This document shows, in pieces, positions 12,243 through 27,794 of a stretch of 64,000 nt of DNA. Under the pieces are notes generated by a model. That model was not told the origin of the DNA. It did not search any database and saw only the letters and a program-made list of their open reading frames with translations. Source of the stretch: Eledone cirrhosa (Eukaryota); contig OZ024741.1 in the NCBI GenBank assembly GCA_964016885.1, forward strand, positions 29,202,001 to 29,266,000, in the 5' to 3' direction. Both the position numbers and the translations under genes were made by a program. Numbering within the stretch: the stretch's first letter is position 1; each line of letters starts with the position of its first letter.

Positions 12243-12612
12243 ATCTATATACATACATACATGCAAAAATATATATGTATGTATATATATACTCATATAT
12301 ATATATGTATGTGTGTGTGTATATACAAATATATGTATATATACATTCCCTTACACCCCAGCAGGAAAACATCAATATGATACGGGAAATAAATAGACTG
12401 ATAATACGAGATGGATTAGGAAATTACTCCCCAAATAGATCAAAATATTGAAACCACCAATAAAACATAATCCTTACCCTAAAATGCATGATCGTTAAGT
12501 AATCTAGAACACTAAGCCAGTTCTTCCATATACATATATTTAGACGGATCAATATATATAAATTTACATATACAATTACAAACATACAGAGTAATATCGA
12601 TAGATGTATAAC

Positions 12613-12650
<38 letters not shown>

Positions 12651-12902
12651 CACACTCACACACACACACTCTCTCTCTCTCACACACACACACATATAAA
12701 TATACACGTCTACTTAAGCACACAAATATAACCCCCCCCCCCACATATATATATATATATATGTAAAAGGTAAACAGAAATAACAACACAATCGGTACAG
12801 TATATATGTATAAATATATATTTATATATACATATATATATACACACACACATATATATATATATACACATATATGTTTGCGCGCGTGTGTGTGTATGCA
12901 TG

Positions 12903-12937
<35 letters not shown>

Positions 12938-13556
12938 TATACTTTTATTAGTTTTGTTACAGCACACGATATCACTGAATTAAATGTTCATATTATATAT
13001 ATATACACATATTATATATTATATATATATATATATACATTATATATATGACAAAGCTTTTAAATCGTTTAGATTAATTTTATCCGGTCGAATATATATC
13101 TAAACGAGTTGTCCCCCTTCCCCGCTCAATTATTGTATAGAGAGGCTTTTCTGTTTGTTTTTAATCTTGAGGCTTTTCCATGATTTAATAGTGTAATGTA
13201 GTATTTCCGCTTGATGTGATATGCCTGAAGATTTTATTTTATTGTTAAGAACAGACTGATATGTAGAATATGTAGTATGAAGGTAGTTTGTGTTTTGGAG
13301 AGAGCGCATGTACGGTCAGTGTGGAAAAAGACGTTAACGTATGAACAGAAACCGATCAATCAAACTAGATCGAAAATAAAATTAATACAGAGTAAATGAA
13401 TAGAAAAATAAGAGATAGAAAAAAATTTGGTTTTACATATATACCCCCCCCCCCCCCCCCCCCACACTTCTCCCCACTATATATATTTATATTACTCTTT
13501 TGTTTTATACGTCCTAACTCACGGGCCGAGACAGTTGTGGAGCACTGTCATTAATT

Positions 13557-13613
<57 letters not shown>

Positions 13614-13633
13614 TGGGAGAGAGAGGGGTTGGT

Positions 13634-13668
<35 letters not shown>

Positions 13669-13719
13669 AAGAGAGAGAGAGGGGTTGGTTGATAGATATA
13701 TACAAGTACATGTATATAA

Positions 13720-13761
<42 letters not shown>

Positions 13762-14049
13762 GGGTTGATTGATAGATATATGGTTAGATAGATATAAATA
13801 TATAAAACTCCCAACGGGGAACCTCATTGTTTTGGCAAACTCATAACTCACAGGCTGGTGTGGTTGAAACACTCTCTCCATCTCACCTCTCCCTCACTAT
13901 TTCATATTACCAATATATATACATGAACATATATATACATATATACATATATATTATATTTATCAATATATATATGTATACACACAGAGACACACGCACA
14001 CACACACACACATATAGATATGTATGTATATATATATATATAATAATAA

Positions 14050-14231
14050 TTGTTTCTACTTTTGGCACAAGGCCAGCAATTATCCCAGTGTATTACTGGT
14101 ACTTTATTTTATCGACCCCGTAAGGATGAAAGGCAAAGTTAACCTCGGCGGGATTTGAACTCAGTCCGTAAAGAGACGTAACTGTGCTACAAAGCATGGC
14201 GCCCTCTACCGATACTGCCAATCCACCGCCC
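14050..14231 (-). mobile_element. SINE
   Basis: Same family; tatatatataataataat on both sides. Confidence 0.88.
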
Positions 14232-14520
14232 TTATATATATAATAATAATAAAATGTGGAGAGGAAGCACACGAGTTAGGATTTGCTTCTTTATTCTCAT
14301 CTTTGCGTTGCTTTCATCCTTCTATGTTGTTTACTTGTCTCACTCGCTTTACGCGATTTACTTGGCCCAATAGCTTTTTTTAGTTATTGCTCGCACCAAC
14401 CTGAGGTATATGATTTTTAATGCGATGATTATATCAATGATGGTTGGCAAATCACTGACGAAGGACTATTTTTATCATATGTAACCCATGTGCAACCACG
14501 CAGTATTCTTCTTTCTTCTC

Positions 14521-14920
<400 letters not shown>

Positions 14921-14923
<3 letters not shown>

Positions 14924-15207
14924 GTTTCTATTTTTGGCACAAGGCCAGCAGTTATCCCAGTGCATTACTGGTATTTTATTTAATCGACCCCGTAAGGATA
15001 AAAGGCAAAGTCAACTTCGGCGGGATTTGAACTCAGATCATAAAGGGAGATAACTCTCTCTATATATATATAATTGTTTCTACTTTTAGCACAAGGCCAG
15101 TACATACCCAGTGCATTACTGGTACTTTATTTTATCAACCCCGTAAGGATGAAAGGCAAAGTTAACCTCGACGGGATTTGAACTCAGACCGTAAAGAGAC
15201 GTAACTA
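14921..15207 (-). mobile_element. Two tandem 5'-truncated SINEs (14921-15057, 15073-15207)
   Basis: Core and tail present, tRNA head missing. Confidence 0.85.
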
Positions 15208-15397
15208 TTGAATTAAGAAGTCACAGTACATGTAGAATATGTATTTTTTATTGGTAGAACTAAATGTATGACTCCTTCTACTAACAAGCCATATTTTGCA
15301 TCGTGGAGAATCATCGAACTTTCCAAAACTTTCCTTCTGAGAAGACACTTAACAAGTGAAGAATTGTACATTCAATCTTTTCAATACATACATACAT

Positions 15398-18314
15398 CAT
15401 AATTTATTTGTGGACGATCTGAAACTCTATGCCAAGAACATGGATGGGATGAAGAAAAATCTTGACCTGGTTACAACGTTCTCAAAGGATATAGAAATAG
15501 AGTTTAGCCAAGATAAATGCTAATACATGACTGTAAAGCGGGGAAAAACAACAACCCAAACTCTACTTTGAAGGATTCGCTTTTGCAATCCAGGAACAGG
15601 AGATTAGCACAAAATACCTGATTCACAAAAGAGTTATGGATGTAGGCATAACACCTAGATGTGATAACAAGTGCAGACTCTGCAGAACTAACATCGAGGA
15701 TATCACCCATCTCATCAGCAGCTGTCCAAAGATGTCATCGCGGTACTATCTATCTATGAGGCATGATGTAGTGGCCAAAACACTGTACAATGCAGTTCGT
15801 AAAAAACATAGCCCCGATAATAAACACATTAAAAGCTAGCAACATTGTCATCAATGGCCTAACTGTTTCACCGATATCTGATGAGGACTGCTACAGATAC
15901 CTGGGTATAGATGAGAACATATCTTATAATGGTATCTGTAATAAAGAACGCGTAACCAGGGAATACTACACCCGATTAAGAAAGATCTGGTCATCGGAAC
16001 TCTCTGCGCAAAACAAAACAGTGGCTCACAATGTATTTGCTGTGCCTGTCTTAACACCAACGTTTGGAATACTAAATTGGACGATAGACGAAATCCGAGC
16101 AGTTGATGTTGGAACTCGAAAAATACTGAAGAACACCGGAAACTTCCACATCAACAGTGACATAGACCGCCTCTACTTGAAACGTAATCAGGGAGGCAGA
16201 GGCCTAACATCAGTCCAGACAACATTTGAATGTCGCATCATATCTCTCCGACATCATCTACGAACCTCGAAGCGTAGGAGCTCGTTTCTCGAGCAAGTCT
16301 ACCTGCATGAAACAGATAAGATCATGAGAGTTGGGAAGGAACTCCTTGAGAGGTATTCCCTATGTGATAATCAAAAACTCACACCCAGGGATGTCGCTCA
16401 GCAGTATCGCAGTGAATCCATGGATGAAAAACTGCATACTTATCAGCTAAAACTCATGCCTGGATATGTTGCCAGGAAGCTCCAGGGTGAGAGTAGTATA
16501 GATAAGGAAAGTAGTCTATCTTGGACCAACAACCGTTATATTGGCTCCCACTTTGAAGGATACGCTTTTGCAATCCAGGAACAGGAGATTAGCACAAAAT
16601 ACCTGATTCACAAAAGAGATAGGGATGTAGGCAAACACCTAGATGTGATAACAAGTGCAGACTCTGCAGAACTAACATCGAGGATATCACCCATCTCATC
16701 AGCAGCTGTCCAAAGATGTCATCGCTGTACTATCTACCTATGAGGCATGATGTAGTGGCCAAAACACTGTACAATGCAGTTCGTAAAAAAGATAGCCCCG
16801 ATAATAAACACAGTAAAAGCTAGCAACATTGTCATCAATGGCCTAACTGTTTTACCGATATCTGATGAGGACTACTACAGATACCTGGGGATAGATGAGA
16901 ACATATCCTATAATGGTATCTGTAATAAAGAACGCGTAGCCAGGGATTATTACACCCGATTAAGAAAAATATGGTCATCGGAACTCTCTGCACACAATAA
17001 AACAGTGGCTCACAATCTGTTTGCTGTGACTGTCCTAAAACCAACGTTTGGACGATACTCAATTGGACGATAGACGAAATCCGAGCCATTGTTAAGACGC
17101 GAAAAATACTAAACAACACCAGAAACCTCCACACCAACAGTAACATAGACCGCCTCTACTTGAAACCTAAACAGGGAGGCAGAGGCCTAACCTCAGTCCA
17201 GACAGCCTTTGAATGTCGCATCATATCCCTCCAAATAAGATCATGAGAGTTGGGAAGGAACTCCTTGAAAGATATTCCCTGCGTGGTAATAAAAAAAACT
17301 CACACCCAGGGAAGTTGCTCAGCAGCACCGCAGTGAATCCATGGATGAAAAACTGTATGCTTATTAGCAAAAGGTCATGCATGGATATGTTGCCAGGAAG
17401 CTCCTGAGTGTGAGTAATATAGATAAACAAAGTAGTCTATCTTGGACCAACAACCGCTATATTGGCTCCCACTTTGAAGGATACGCTTTTGCAATCCAAG
17501 AACAGGAGATTAACACGAAATACCTGATTCACAAAAGAGATAGCGATGTAGGCAAAACACCTAGATGTGATAACAAGTGCAGACTGCAGAATTAACATCG
17601 AAGACTGTACAATGCAATCCGTAGAAAAGATAGCCCCGATAATAAACACATTAAAAACTACAACAATGTGGAAGCATCCATGTACATAATATGAAAGAGT
17701 ACTGGTGGAATGTTCCAGTAAAAATCCCCAATAAAATGCAGGCATAACAGACCAGATATTATGATATGGGACAGGGAGAAGAAAGCATGCACAGTAGTGG
17801 AAATTAGCTGCCCAGCAGATGCCAATATAATATCAAAGATTAGTGAAAAGGAGAATATTTATGCAGAACTGATGAGAAATCTGCAGATACTCCACCCTGA
17901 TTACACCTTCAGATTTATGCCTGTGATTATTGGGGCACTGGAATATGTTAGTAACTGCCTCAATACAAATCTTGAGAAGCTAGGCTTCACAGGAACAGAA
18001 AGAACACAACTAGTTAGGAATTACAAGTACAATCCATTAATGGAACAGTAAAAATATGTAACACATTCCAAAGATTCTGCATCTAATAACTGCAGATACA
18101 CATGTACAGATGCAAAGCATATACACATGTACACATACTACTCAAAACATCCACATCCACACATACAATACCATCCATATCTACACATGCATGCATACAT
18201 ACATATCTACCTAGTTAATGTTGTGTAAATTCCAATGAGAGAGTATTGTGTCTATGTTAGAAACCGACTCTCTTTCTATTGGTAAAACTTTGTGAAATTA
18301 TAAAACCAGAAGAA
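15398..18314 (+). mobile_element. R4/Dong-clade non-LTR retrotransposon (RLE endonuclease), 5'-truncated and internally duplicated
   Basis: HNLFVDDLKLY, YRYLGIDE, SDIDRLYLKRNQGGRGL, CCHC finger CRLC..EDITHLISSC, RLE motif HNRPDIMIWD..VVEISCP; atacatacatacat on both flanks. Confidence 0.88.
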
Positions 18315-18654
18315 CATACATACATACATTCAAACATGATGGTTGCAACTTGATTTCGAATAATGCCATCGCTCGATACTTAAGTATGAACATAACGGAA
18401 GTGGCATTTTAGTTCCGATAGGTACTTGCACATGGCCAGTAATACCACGCATTGCAAAAAATCTCACATATCAAGCAATGCCTCTGTTTGAAGCTTTATT
18501 AAATGAGGAAAGCCTTTGCACGAGGCCAATCCTACATCCTGGACGTCGAATGCATTTGCCGAAAAATCATCGGATGCAAACGTGACCTTCTGCCAAAGAG
18601 ATGTCATAATGAAGACTAGGAGTCTATCGCTCTACAAAAAAAAAAAGCTTTATT

Positions 18655-19020
18655 ATATACAAACATACATAAAATCATATGTGCATACATACGTACGTAC
18701 TCCCATACATACATATATTCATACATACATACATACAAACATACACACATACGTACATAAATAAAATCATACGTGCATACATACGTACGTACTTCCATAG
18801 ATACATATATACATACATACATACATATATACATACATACAAACATACACACATACGTACATACATATATACATACATAAGTACATACGTACGTATGTAC
18901 ATACGTACGTATATACGTACATAAGTACATACGTACGTATGTACATACGTACGTATATACGTACATACGTACACACACACACACACACCACACTCCCTCC
19001 ACACATATATACACACACAC
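18655..19020. repeat. (TACA/TACG)n compound microsatellite
   Basis: Direct inspection. Confidence 0.9.
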
Positions 19021-19269
19021 TACTCATATGTGTGTATCTTTTTATATGTACACTCTTACACTCCCTAAAATCATATCGCCAAATAGAATTTCTTTTACAA
19101 CCCTACTGTTGCCAATCCCATACAATTCGTCTCTAGCTTACAAGCCCCACCCCACTACCCCATTCCCATCTGAACTCTTGACCAGTCCACTAACACAATT
19201 GAGATTTTCTATGTGAAGGAATACAGCAATCAGCCCTGCTGTTGCTACTACCATCTCTCTCTATATATA

Positions 19270-19565
19270 CAAGAGTTCATTTTCCAGTTTCCTTCTCAAC
19301 AAGGAGATGAAAAAAACTTACCTCAACACTTAATTTTAAATCTTTAATTTTTAGTTTTTAATCCTTATTAATTCTTTTTAATTGTAATACTCAACATTTG
19401 ATAAGAATAATTTTACAAATACATCGAAACCGGTAATATTATATATACTTTATATACATTGTAAAACTCTTTTTTCAAAGATGTCACTTTGACGAATCAA
19501 AGAAAAGGAAAAAAAGTAAGAAAAACAAAAACAGACCCTTAAATATATTTTCCGTGCTATTTTAA
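19270..19565 (+). mobile_element. Family R element with U3:A8 HHR candidate at 19393-19440
   Basis: aacat TTGATAA ga...tc GAAA ccgg TA atatt; followed by (CT)n(AT)n. Confidence 0.65.
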
Positions 19566-19566
19566 C

Positions 19567-19717
<151 letters not shown>

Positions 19718-20572
19718 GACAGGGGGGAAGAAAAAAATCGCTTCACTTGTGCTTTCAACAAATTTATTTTCTTCACAAAATCCAAAAATAATATTTTTCC
19801 GGATTAGAGAAAACTTTTTTAAAGAAAATTTTTTAAAATAAATTGAGTCGTTGGTTGTTGGTTAGGTCTTAGGAGTTCTTGGTTAACGTAGGAGGTATTG
19901 TTTCGTTTTTAGAAAGACCTTTCACGCTGAGGTGCGCTTGTCAAACTGATGTGCATGTGGTGTGTTGTTCTATATATAGGGATTTAACATGTTTGTGGTG
20001 CGGTGGGGTTTTTTCTCCCCCTTTAATAAGTGTAGGGGTGTAGGTGTGTTGAAAACATTTTAATAGCAGTAATGAGTTGAGACAGTGAGTAGGGTTGGGT
20101 GGGGAGAAATGTAGCAAGCGCGGCCTGCCTCAGTCATTCTCGAAAAATTCCTTTATTCAGAGGAAAAAGCTTTTAGTATTCCTTTGTATTAGAAAATGGT
20201 CATAGGCAAACCGCACCTGCGAAGCTTGTAAACAATTATTTTTCTCTGAAGGATTTTTCTACGTCCATCCCAAAATTAGTCCTTTGTTCAACACGCACAT
20301 ATGTGCGTATATACGTACATACACACACGGGCATATGTAGGAATATATAGGCACACACCATTAATCACACACCCATGTACATATACATCCACATACATAC
20401 ACAAAAACATATAAAGACACATATAAAAACACACATACACATACGTACACACACGAATATGTACTCATACCTCCACATGGGTATATATATATATATATAT
20501 ATATACATACATATACATATATATACACACACATAAAGATACATAACTAAATATACATATATACACATACAC

Positions 20573-20609
<37 letters not shown>

Positions 20610-20613
20610 TATA

Positions 20614-21521
20614 CTAGCTGATGTACCCAGCTTCGCCCGGGAAAACAGATGATAAGAGAAGAGACGTAAAAGAGAAAATGACTGTATTGGATGTTTGTCT
20701 GGTTACAGTATGAGGCGAGTCTGTGGTGTCTGTGTGATACAAAAAACAGTAAAGAAAATCTTCCAGATATACCAGATTCTTCGTTGTACCGTTTGTGCAT
20801 AGTACATGAACAATTCTATGTGCTCCCACCTAGAATAGTGACCGCTAGGAGATGGTTCATCTTCTGCCTGACTTTAAAACGTGTATCATTGCATAGATGT
20901 GGTTGTTCCACGTTTCTCAAAAGGATGATAGAAGTTCCAATCTTTTATATTATATGTAGATATAGATATAGATGATTAATATAAAAGATGATGCCCAGCC
21001 AGTTCGTCTTCAACCATCGCAGCACGCCGTCGCTGCTTGGCTCCAGTGTTTCGTTGGCGTTGTTCAGCCAGCTCCTCTTCATTCATGGAGGCGCGTCTTC
21101 GCCTCTGAAGTTCGGCGTTCCGATGGCGCTGTTCGGCCTGTTTTTCTTCATTCCTGGCTGCACGCCGTGCCGCTGTAGATCACTGTTTGATAAAGTCGAA
21201 TCGCTTTTACTTTCTGCGGAACGCTGCACGCACGCAAACACACATAAACATACGCGCACGCACACACACATAAACATACGCGCAACAACACACGCATAAA
21301 CATACGCGCACGTACATACAACCGCACACATGGTGATAGTTACAGCGTTCACTTTGCTTCTCTGTTTCTTACTCTCCCCTCTCACTCCCTCATTGGCATT
21401 ATGCATATTAATTTAAGTTTGGCGTCGTTGAGGTGGACGGAGTCGTTTGAAACCTATGAAGCAATGATAATCGAGAATTATGACACACGGAATACTGACA
21501 TTGTTGAAATTAATATATAGA
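20614..21521 (-). mobile_element. Non-autonomous Helitron (about 910 bp)
   Basis: Minus strand starts A|TCtatatattaat and ends with hairpin cccgggcgaagctggg, 8 nt, CTAG|T; no TSD. Confidence 0.75.
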
Positions 21522-21706
21522 TATATATAAGAAGTTATGTTATTCGAAGGCTGCGACAATGCGAATTAAGATAAAAGAAGGTGACGAAGCTGTTCTAATT
21601 TACTTGTTCTTTATTCACATACGACCTCAATTTTCGAGATAAAATCTCCTCACCAGAAGTCGAAAACCTTGCTTCAAGCAAACTACAACACTCTCTCTTT
21701 CTCTCT

Positions 21707-21771
<65 letters not shown>

Positions 21772-21775
<4 letters not shown>

Positions 21776-22480
21776 GTTTACATATACATAAATTTATATA
21801 TGTTACAACCGGTCACTTTTTAGCTCTATGAAGAATTAATAAATTAAATACAAAGTTAAAAAGTGACCGGTTGTAACATATATAAATTTATGTATATGTA
21901 AACCTGTATATTTAATAATCTCCCGTAAGGTTGAGATTAAATTTGGCGATATTTTGCTCCGCTTTCGAGCGACAGGCCTACACGCCGTCAACAGCCAATC
22001 ACATTCTTTCCAACTTGACCACGGCCATAGTGTGATTCTTAGCCATTTTTGAATCCAATTTTGGCGCGATCGACTTGGAATACTAAGTGTCTATTTTTGA
22101 GTTTATCTCCTGATGATTCCGAACTCAATGGATTTCCTATTAATAGGATATCTAAAAATACGGATGAAACCATGGTAAGGATGGTTACGGTATGTACACA
22201 GTTCTTCTATGTTTGATTTTACACCGAATTGCATATGGTTAATTATGTACTTGGTCGATTTATGCATGCTGTCGAAATGTTGGATAAATAACCTGCTGTG
22301 GATACCGCGAAGAAGCCACTCTCGTTTATTTGTCTGAGATTTCTTCATAGGAGCTTTTATCCTTATGGCTTAGTATAATTGATTTTTTATATGGTTGATT
22401 GTGCTATTTGGCAGAGGAAATGGAGTATATATTTTGTTTATCTAATAATTCTGTAGACATGATTTATAATAATATATATA
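21772..22480. mobile_element. Fold-back family N (arms 21772-21822 and 21856-21905) with HHR candidate at 22104-22182 (+)
   Basis: tatctc CTGATGA ttccg...cggat GAAA ccatgg TA aggat. Confidence 0.65.
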
Positions 22481-22572
22481 TATAAGGTAAGTTATTCCGG
22501 GTTGAATCGGAGGTAACCACAATAAGTAGGGTACTCAATACATATCAAAGTATAAAAGTTTTAATATAGATG

Positions 22573-22620
22573 AGATTCTACAGGACTAGAACTGTTTCAT
22601 TCTTTAGAAATCATCAGGAA

Positions 22621-22623
<3 letters not shown>
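22573..22623 (-). ncRNA. Type I hammerhead (family F, element 22485-22625)
   Basis: Reverse complement: agattc CTGATGA tttc-taaa-gaat GAAA cag-ttctagtc-ctg TA gaatct; 6-bp stem I; partial relative at 43452-43545. Confidence 0.85.
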
Positions 22624-22689
<66 letters not shown>

Positions 22690-22695
<6 letters not shown>

Positions 22696-23536
22696 ATAAA
22701 AGACAATACAATATAATTACCTCATTACCAGAGGTTTCCCGAATAAGACGAATACGAAAGAAACGTCTTCATTCGTTCGTCGGACGAGGCAATATAAAAC
22801 ATCGAGAAATATTTGGAAAGTCTCTTCAAGAAATGCAAAAAAAATTATATATATATAGATAAAGGTAATACAATAGACATATAAAATATATTAAAAAACC
22901 TTTTAAGAAATATAGTTAGGTGGGTGTATATGTATATACATACACTCACAGCTATACATATGTATGTATGTACAAATGTGTGTGTATAGTGAAAATGTGT
23001 GCGTAAATATATGTATGAGGGCAAGTATATCTGTGTATATGTAACCACAGACACAGACATGATATGCGTGTCTGGTTGACAGGTATACAGAAAAACAGGG
23101 TATTAGATACATTATAAGAATATGAAGGCACGCGTATAAACACACACACACGCGCGTACACTTATATGCGGAAGAAAAAGAGGTAAGGGAGTGTAATAGT
23201 AAAAAGAAAGTATCATTCTCGATATATTTATAAAAATGGAACAATAATTTAGAAAGAAAAAATTGCAAAGTAAAGAAAAGAAAACAAACAATGTACACGC
23301 GTACATACACACATATATCTATAAGAAACATATATCTATAAAAAATATATATATATACACGCAATACGTGCAGACAAAAGCGTATGCAAGCGTACATACA
23401 CACACAGGATGCACACATATATATACATACACATCGCCCCATGTATATCTAATCACGCGTACGTACGCGACTGTATACACACACATAAGTATATATATAT
23501 ATACATACGCACACATACACATCCATACATGCAGTA

Positions 23537-23572
<36 letters not shown>

Positions 23573-24615
23573 TACACTCACGCACGTTGACCCGCTAACA
23601 TGCACACACATAAAAATAAGAATGTAAAAAAAGAACATAGATGTAAAAACACAGATATAAAAACACACATACATACACATATATATATACACGCACGCGC
23701 GCGCACATACGGAGGCGTTCGTGTACATATACAGAAAGTATACACACATAAAGACGCTCAGACACACAGATACAAGGTGTAAAAACAACCTTGTGAATAA
23801 GTGAGTACAAATATAAAAATATAAAATTGGCTGCGAAATAACAGAAAATATCTGGGGTGGAAAACGCAAGTGATTGTCTAATCATATAGTGAAGAAAATA
23901 GGGAAGTAAAAGGTGGAAAGTGGAGATATTAGGTAAGTGAATTGGAGAATAAAGGGGGGGGGTTAGTGGTGGATGTGAAGTAAAAATAAAAAATAAAAAT
24001 AAAAATAAAATTAATAATAAGGTTAAAAATGAAAGTAAATCAGAAAAGGTAGTCTTTTTCTTCCGCATATAAGTGTACGCGCGTGTGTGTTTGTTTATAC
24101 GCGTGCCTTCATATTCTTATAATGTATCTAATACCCTGTTTTTCTGTATACCTGCCAACCAGACACTCATATAGTGTCTGTGTCTGTGGTTACATATACA
24201 CAGATATACTTGCCCTCATACATATATTTACGCACACATTTTCACTATACACACACATTTGTACATACATACATATGTATATCTGTGAGTGTATATATAT
24301 ACATATACACACACCTAACTATATTTCTTAAAATTTCTTTTTATATATTTTATATGTCTATTGTACCTTTATCTATATATATATAATTTTTTTTTGCATT
24401 TCTTGAAGATACTTTCCAAATATTTCTCTATGTGTTATATTGCCTCGTCCGACGAACGAATGAAGACGTTTCTTTCGTATTCGTCTTATTCGGGAAACCT
24501 CTGGTAATGAGGTAATTATATTGTATTGTTTTTTATACATTAAATTTTGCTCTGGTACTTACATAGAGCACTCTTCACTCCTATGACTTTTTCTATTTTC
24601 AACGGAAACCTCAAT
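22690..24615. mobile_element. Fold-back family L (about 485-bp arms, 22690-23176 and 24056-24541)
   Basis: Long inverted arms with scattered mismatches; HHRs at 22717-22792 (-) and 24440-24515 (+). Confidence 0.88.
24440..24515 (+). ncRNA. Type I hammerhead, U4C core variant (family L)
   Basis: ttgcctcgt CCGACGA acgaat..aagacg..cgtctt attcgg GAAA cc-tct-gg TA atgaggtaa. Confidence 0.72.
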
Positions 24616-25279
24616 ACATATATATATATATATATATACATATACGATACACACTCTCATATACATATGTATGTTTATACAGCATATACGTATGTGTTTG
24701 TGAGTGAGTCTCCGTACATTGTATCGAAAAAAAAAGCCCCCCCCCCCCCCCAAAGAAAAAAAAATACTACTTTTTGAATAAGGTCACTCGTGATATTTGT
24801 TCTGTACCGAGATACAGAGACAACCTGGTCAATCTCATTGTCAGAAATATAGTGAAACTGTGATTAGCTCGTAAACTTGTAAACAGCGAATGTATTGATC
24901 AACAATTGCAATATGAATTAGATAAATAATATGAATGCAGGAAGGAAGAAAATAATGTTTATGTGTGGGACAGAGGGTATTTAAATGGCGGGATTTAGAG
25001 TTGTTTTTCAAAGAAGGGATTTACATTGATGTAATTGAATATGACACAATGTATCATATCGTATTTACTGCAGATGTGTTTACAGTTCATCTAGCTATGT
25101 ATACATCATCCTGTATCTACATATATACAGACACGTTTCTCACTTTCTCAACACCCAAGAAATATTCACACACTGACACTGATTTATATATATATATATA
25201 CATACGCGTGCAGAACGTATTCACAAACATACCCTGCCACACATATGTACGAATGTACATAGATGTGGATATGTATGTA

Positions 25280-25355
<76 letters not shown>

Positions 25356-25421
25356 AAGGTAAACAGAAATAACAACACAATCGGTACAGTATATGGAAGG
25401 GATATATTAGGTTAACGCTTA

Positions 25422-26943
<1,522 letters not shown>

Positions 26944-26945
<2 letters not shown>

Positions 26946-27473
26946 CGATACATTAACGGAGCCATAGACTCTCGCCATAGAGTTATTAATTTATATAGGT
27001 ACCCTGCAATTAAAACAAGCTCAAAGTATAAATACCGAGCATTATATAGTAATATATATGTATAAATAAACAGTAAATTTCGAGTCTAAAATTACGAGGG
27101 TATAAGATACCACTAATGTTTTAAAAATGTTATCTCAACCATACAGTATGATATATTAATTTTATACTGACCGTATCAAAAACATTTCATCTCTCGGATA
27201 GATTTTAGACTCAATCTGTTTCGCCCTGAAAAAATGTGTTAGTAACAGGTAATCTGTAGGCTATCATCAGCGAGAGATTAGATCAAATGAAACAAAACAC
27301 CTCTAACAGCAATTTGAGGACCAAAGATATGTTCCTCGTGGTCTGCACGCTATACGTGGTATGAGTAGTTATGCTAGAAATAATAGCCTTATCCCACTCA
27401 GTTTATAAGCTCACCCATTCAAGGAGCCGAAATACAAATAAAATATAGAGTTATTAACTCACATAGGTACCCG
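26944..27473 (-). mobile_element. Retrozyme-like family T (about 468-bp period) with HHR at 27191-27276
   Basis: Terminal redundancy atagagttattaa....ataggtaccc at 26977 and 27445; reverse complement ctctcg CTGATGA tagcc...gggc GAAA cagatt..aatcta TC cgagag. Confidence 0.7.
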
Positions 27474-27590
27474 ATATATATATAACAAAGAAGGAGCGGT
27501 AAGATACCAGGTGGACCAAAACGCACCAGAGTAGTCAATACTTAGGGTAGTAGATTGGGTAATATGAAAAGGGGTCCTGACTCTTTTCAA

Positions 27591-27635
<45 letters not shown>

Positions 27636-27722
27636 TATATATATAGTTCGTTTTAGTATTTGTTTTGCAAGATTTTTTATCTTATGTTGAAACAGATTTT
27701 GTTATACTTTGGAAGGGTTTAA

Positions 27723-27792
<70 letters not shown>

Positions 27793-27794
<2 letters not shown>

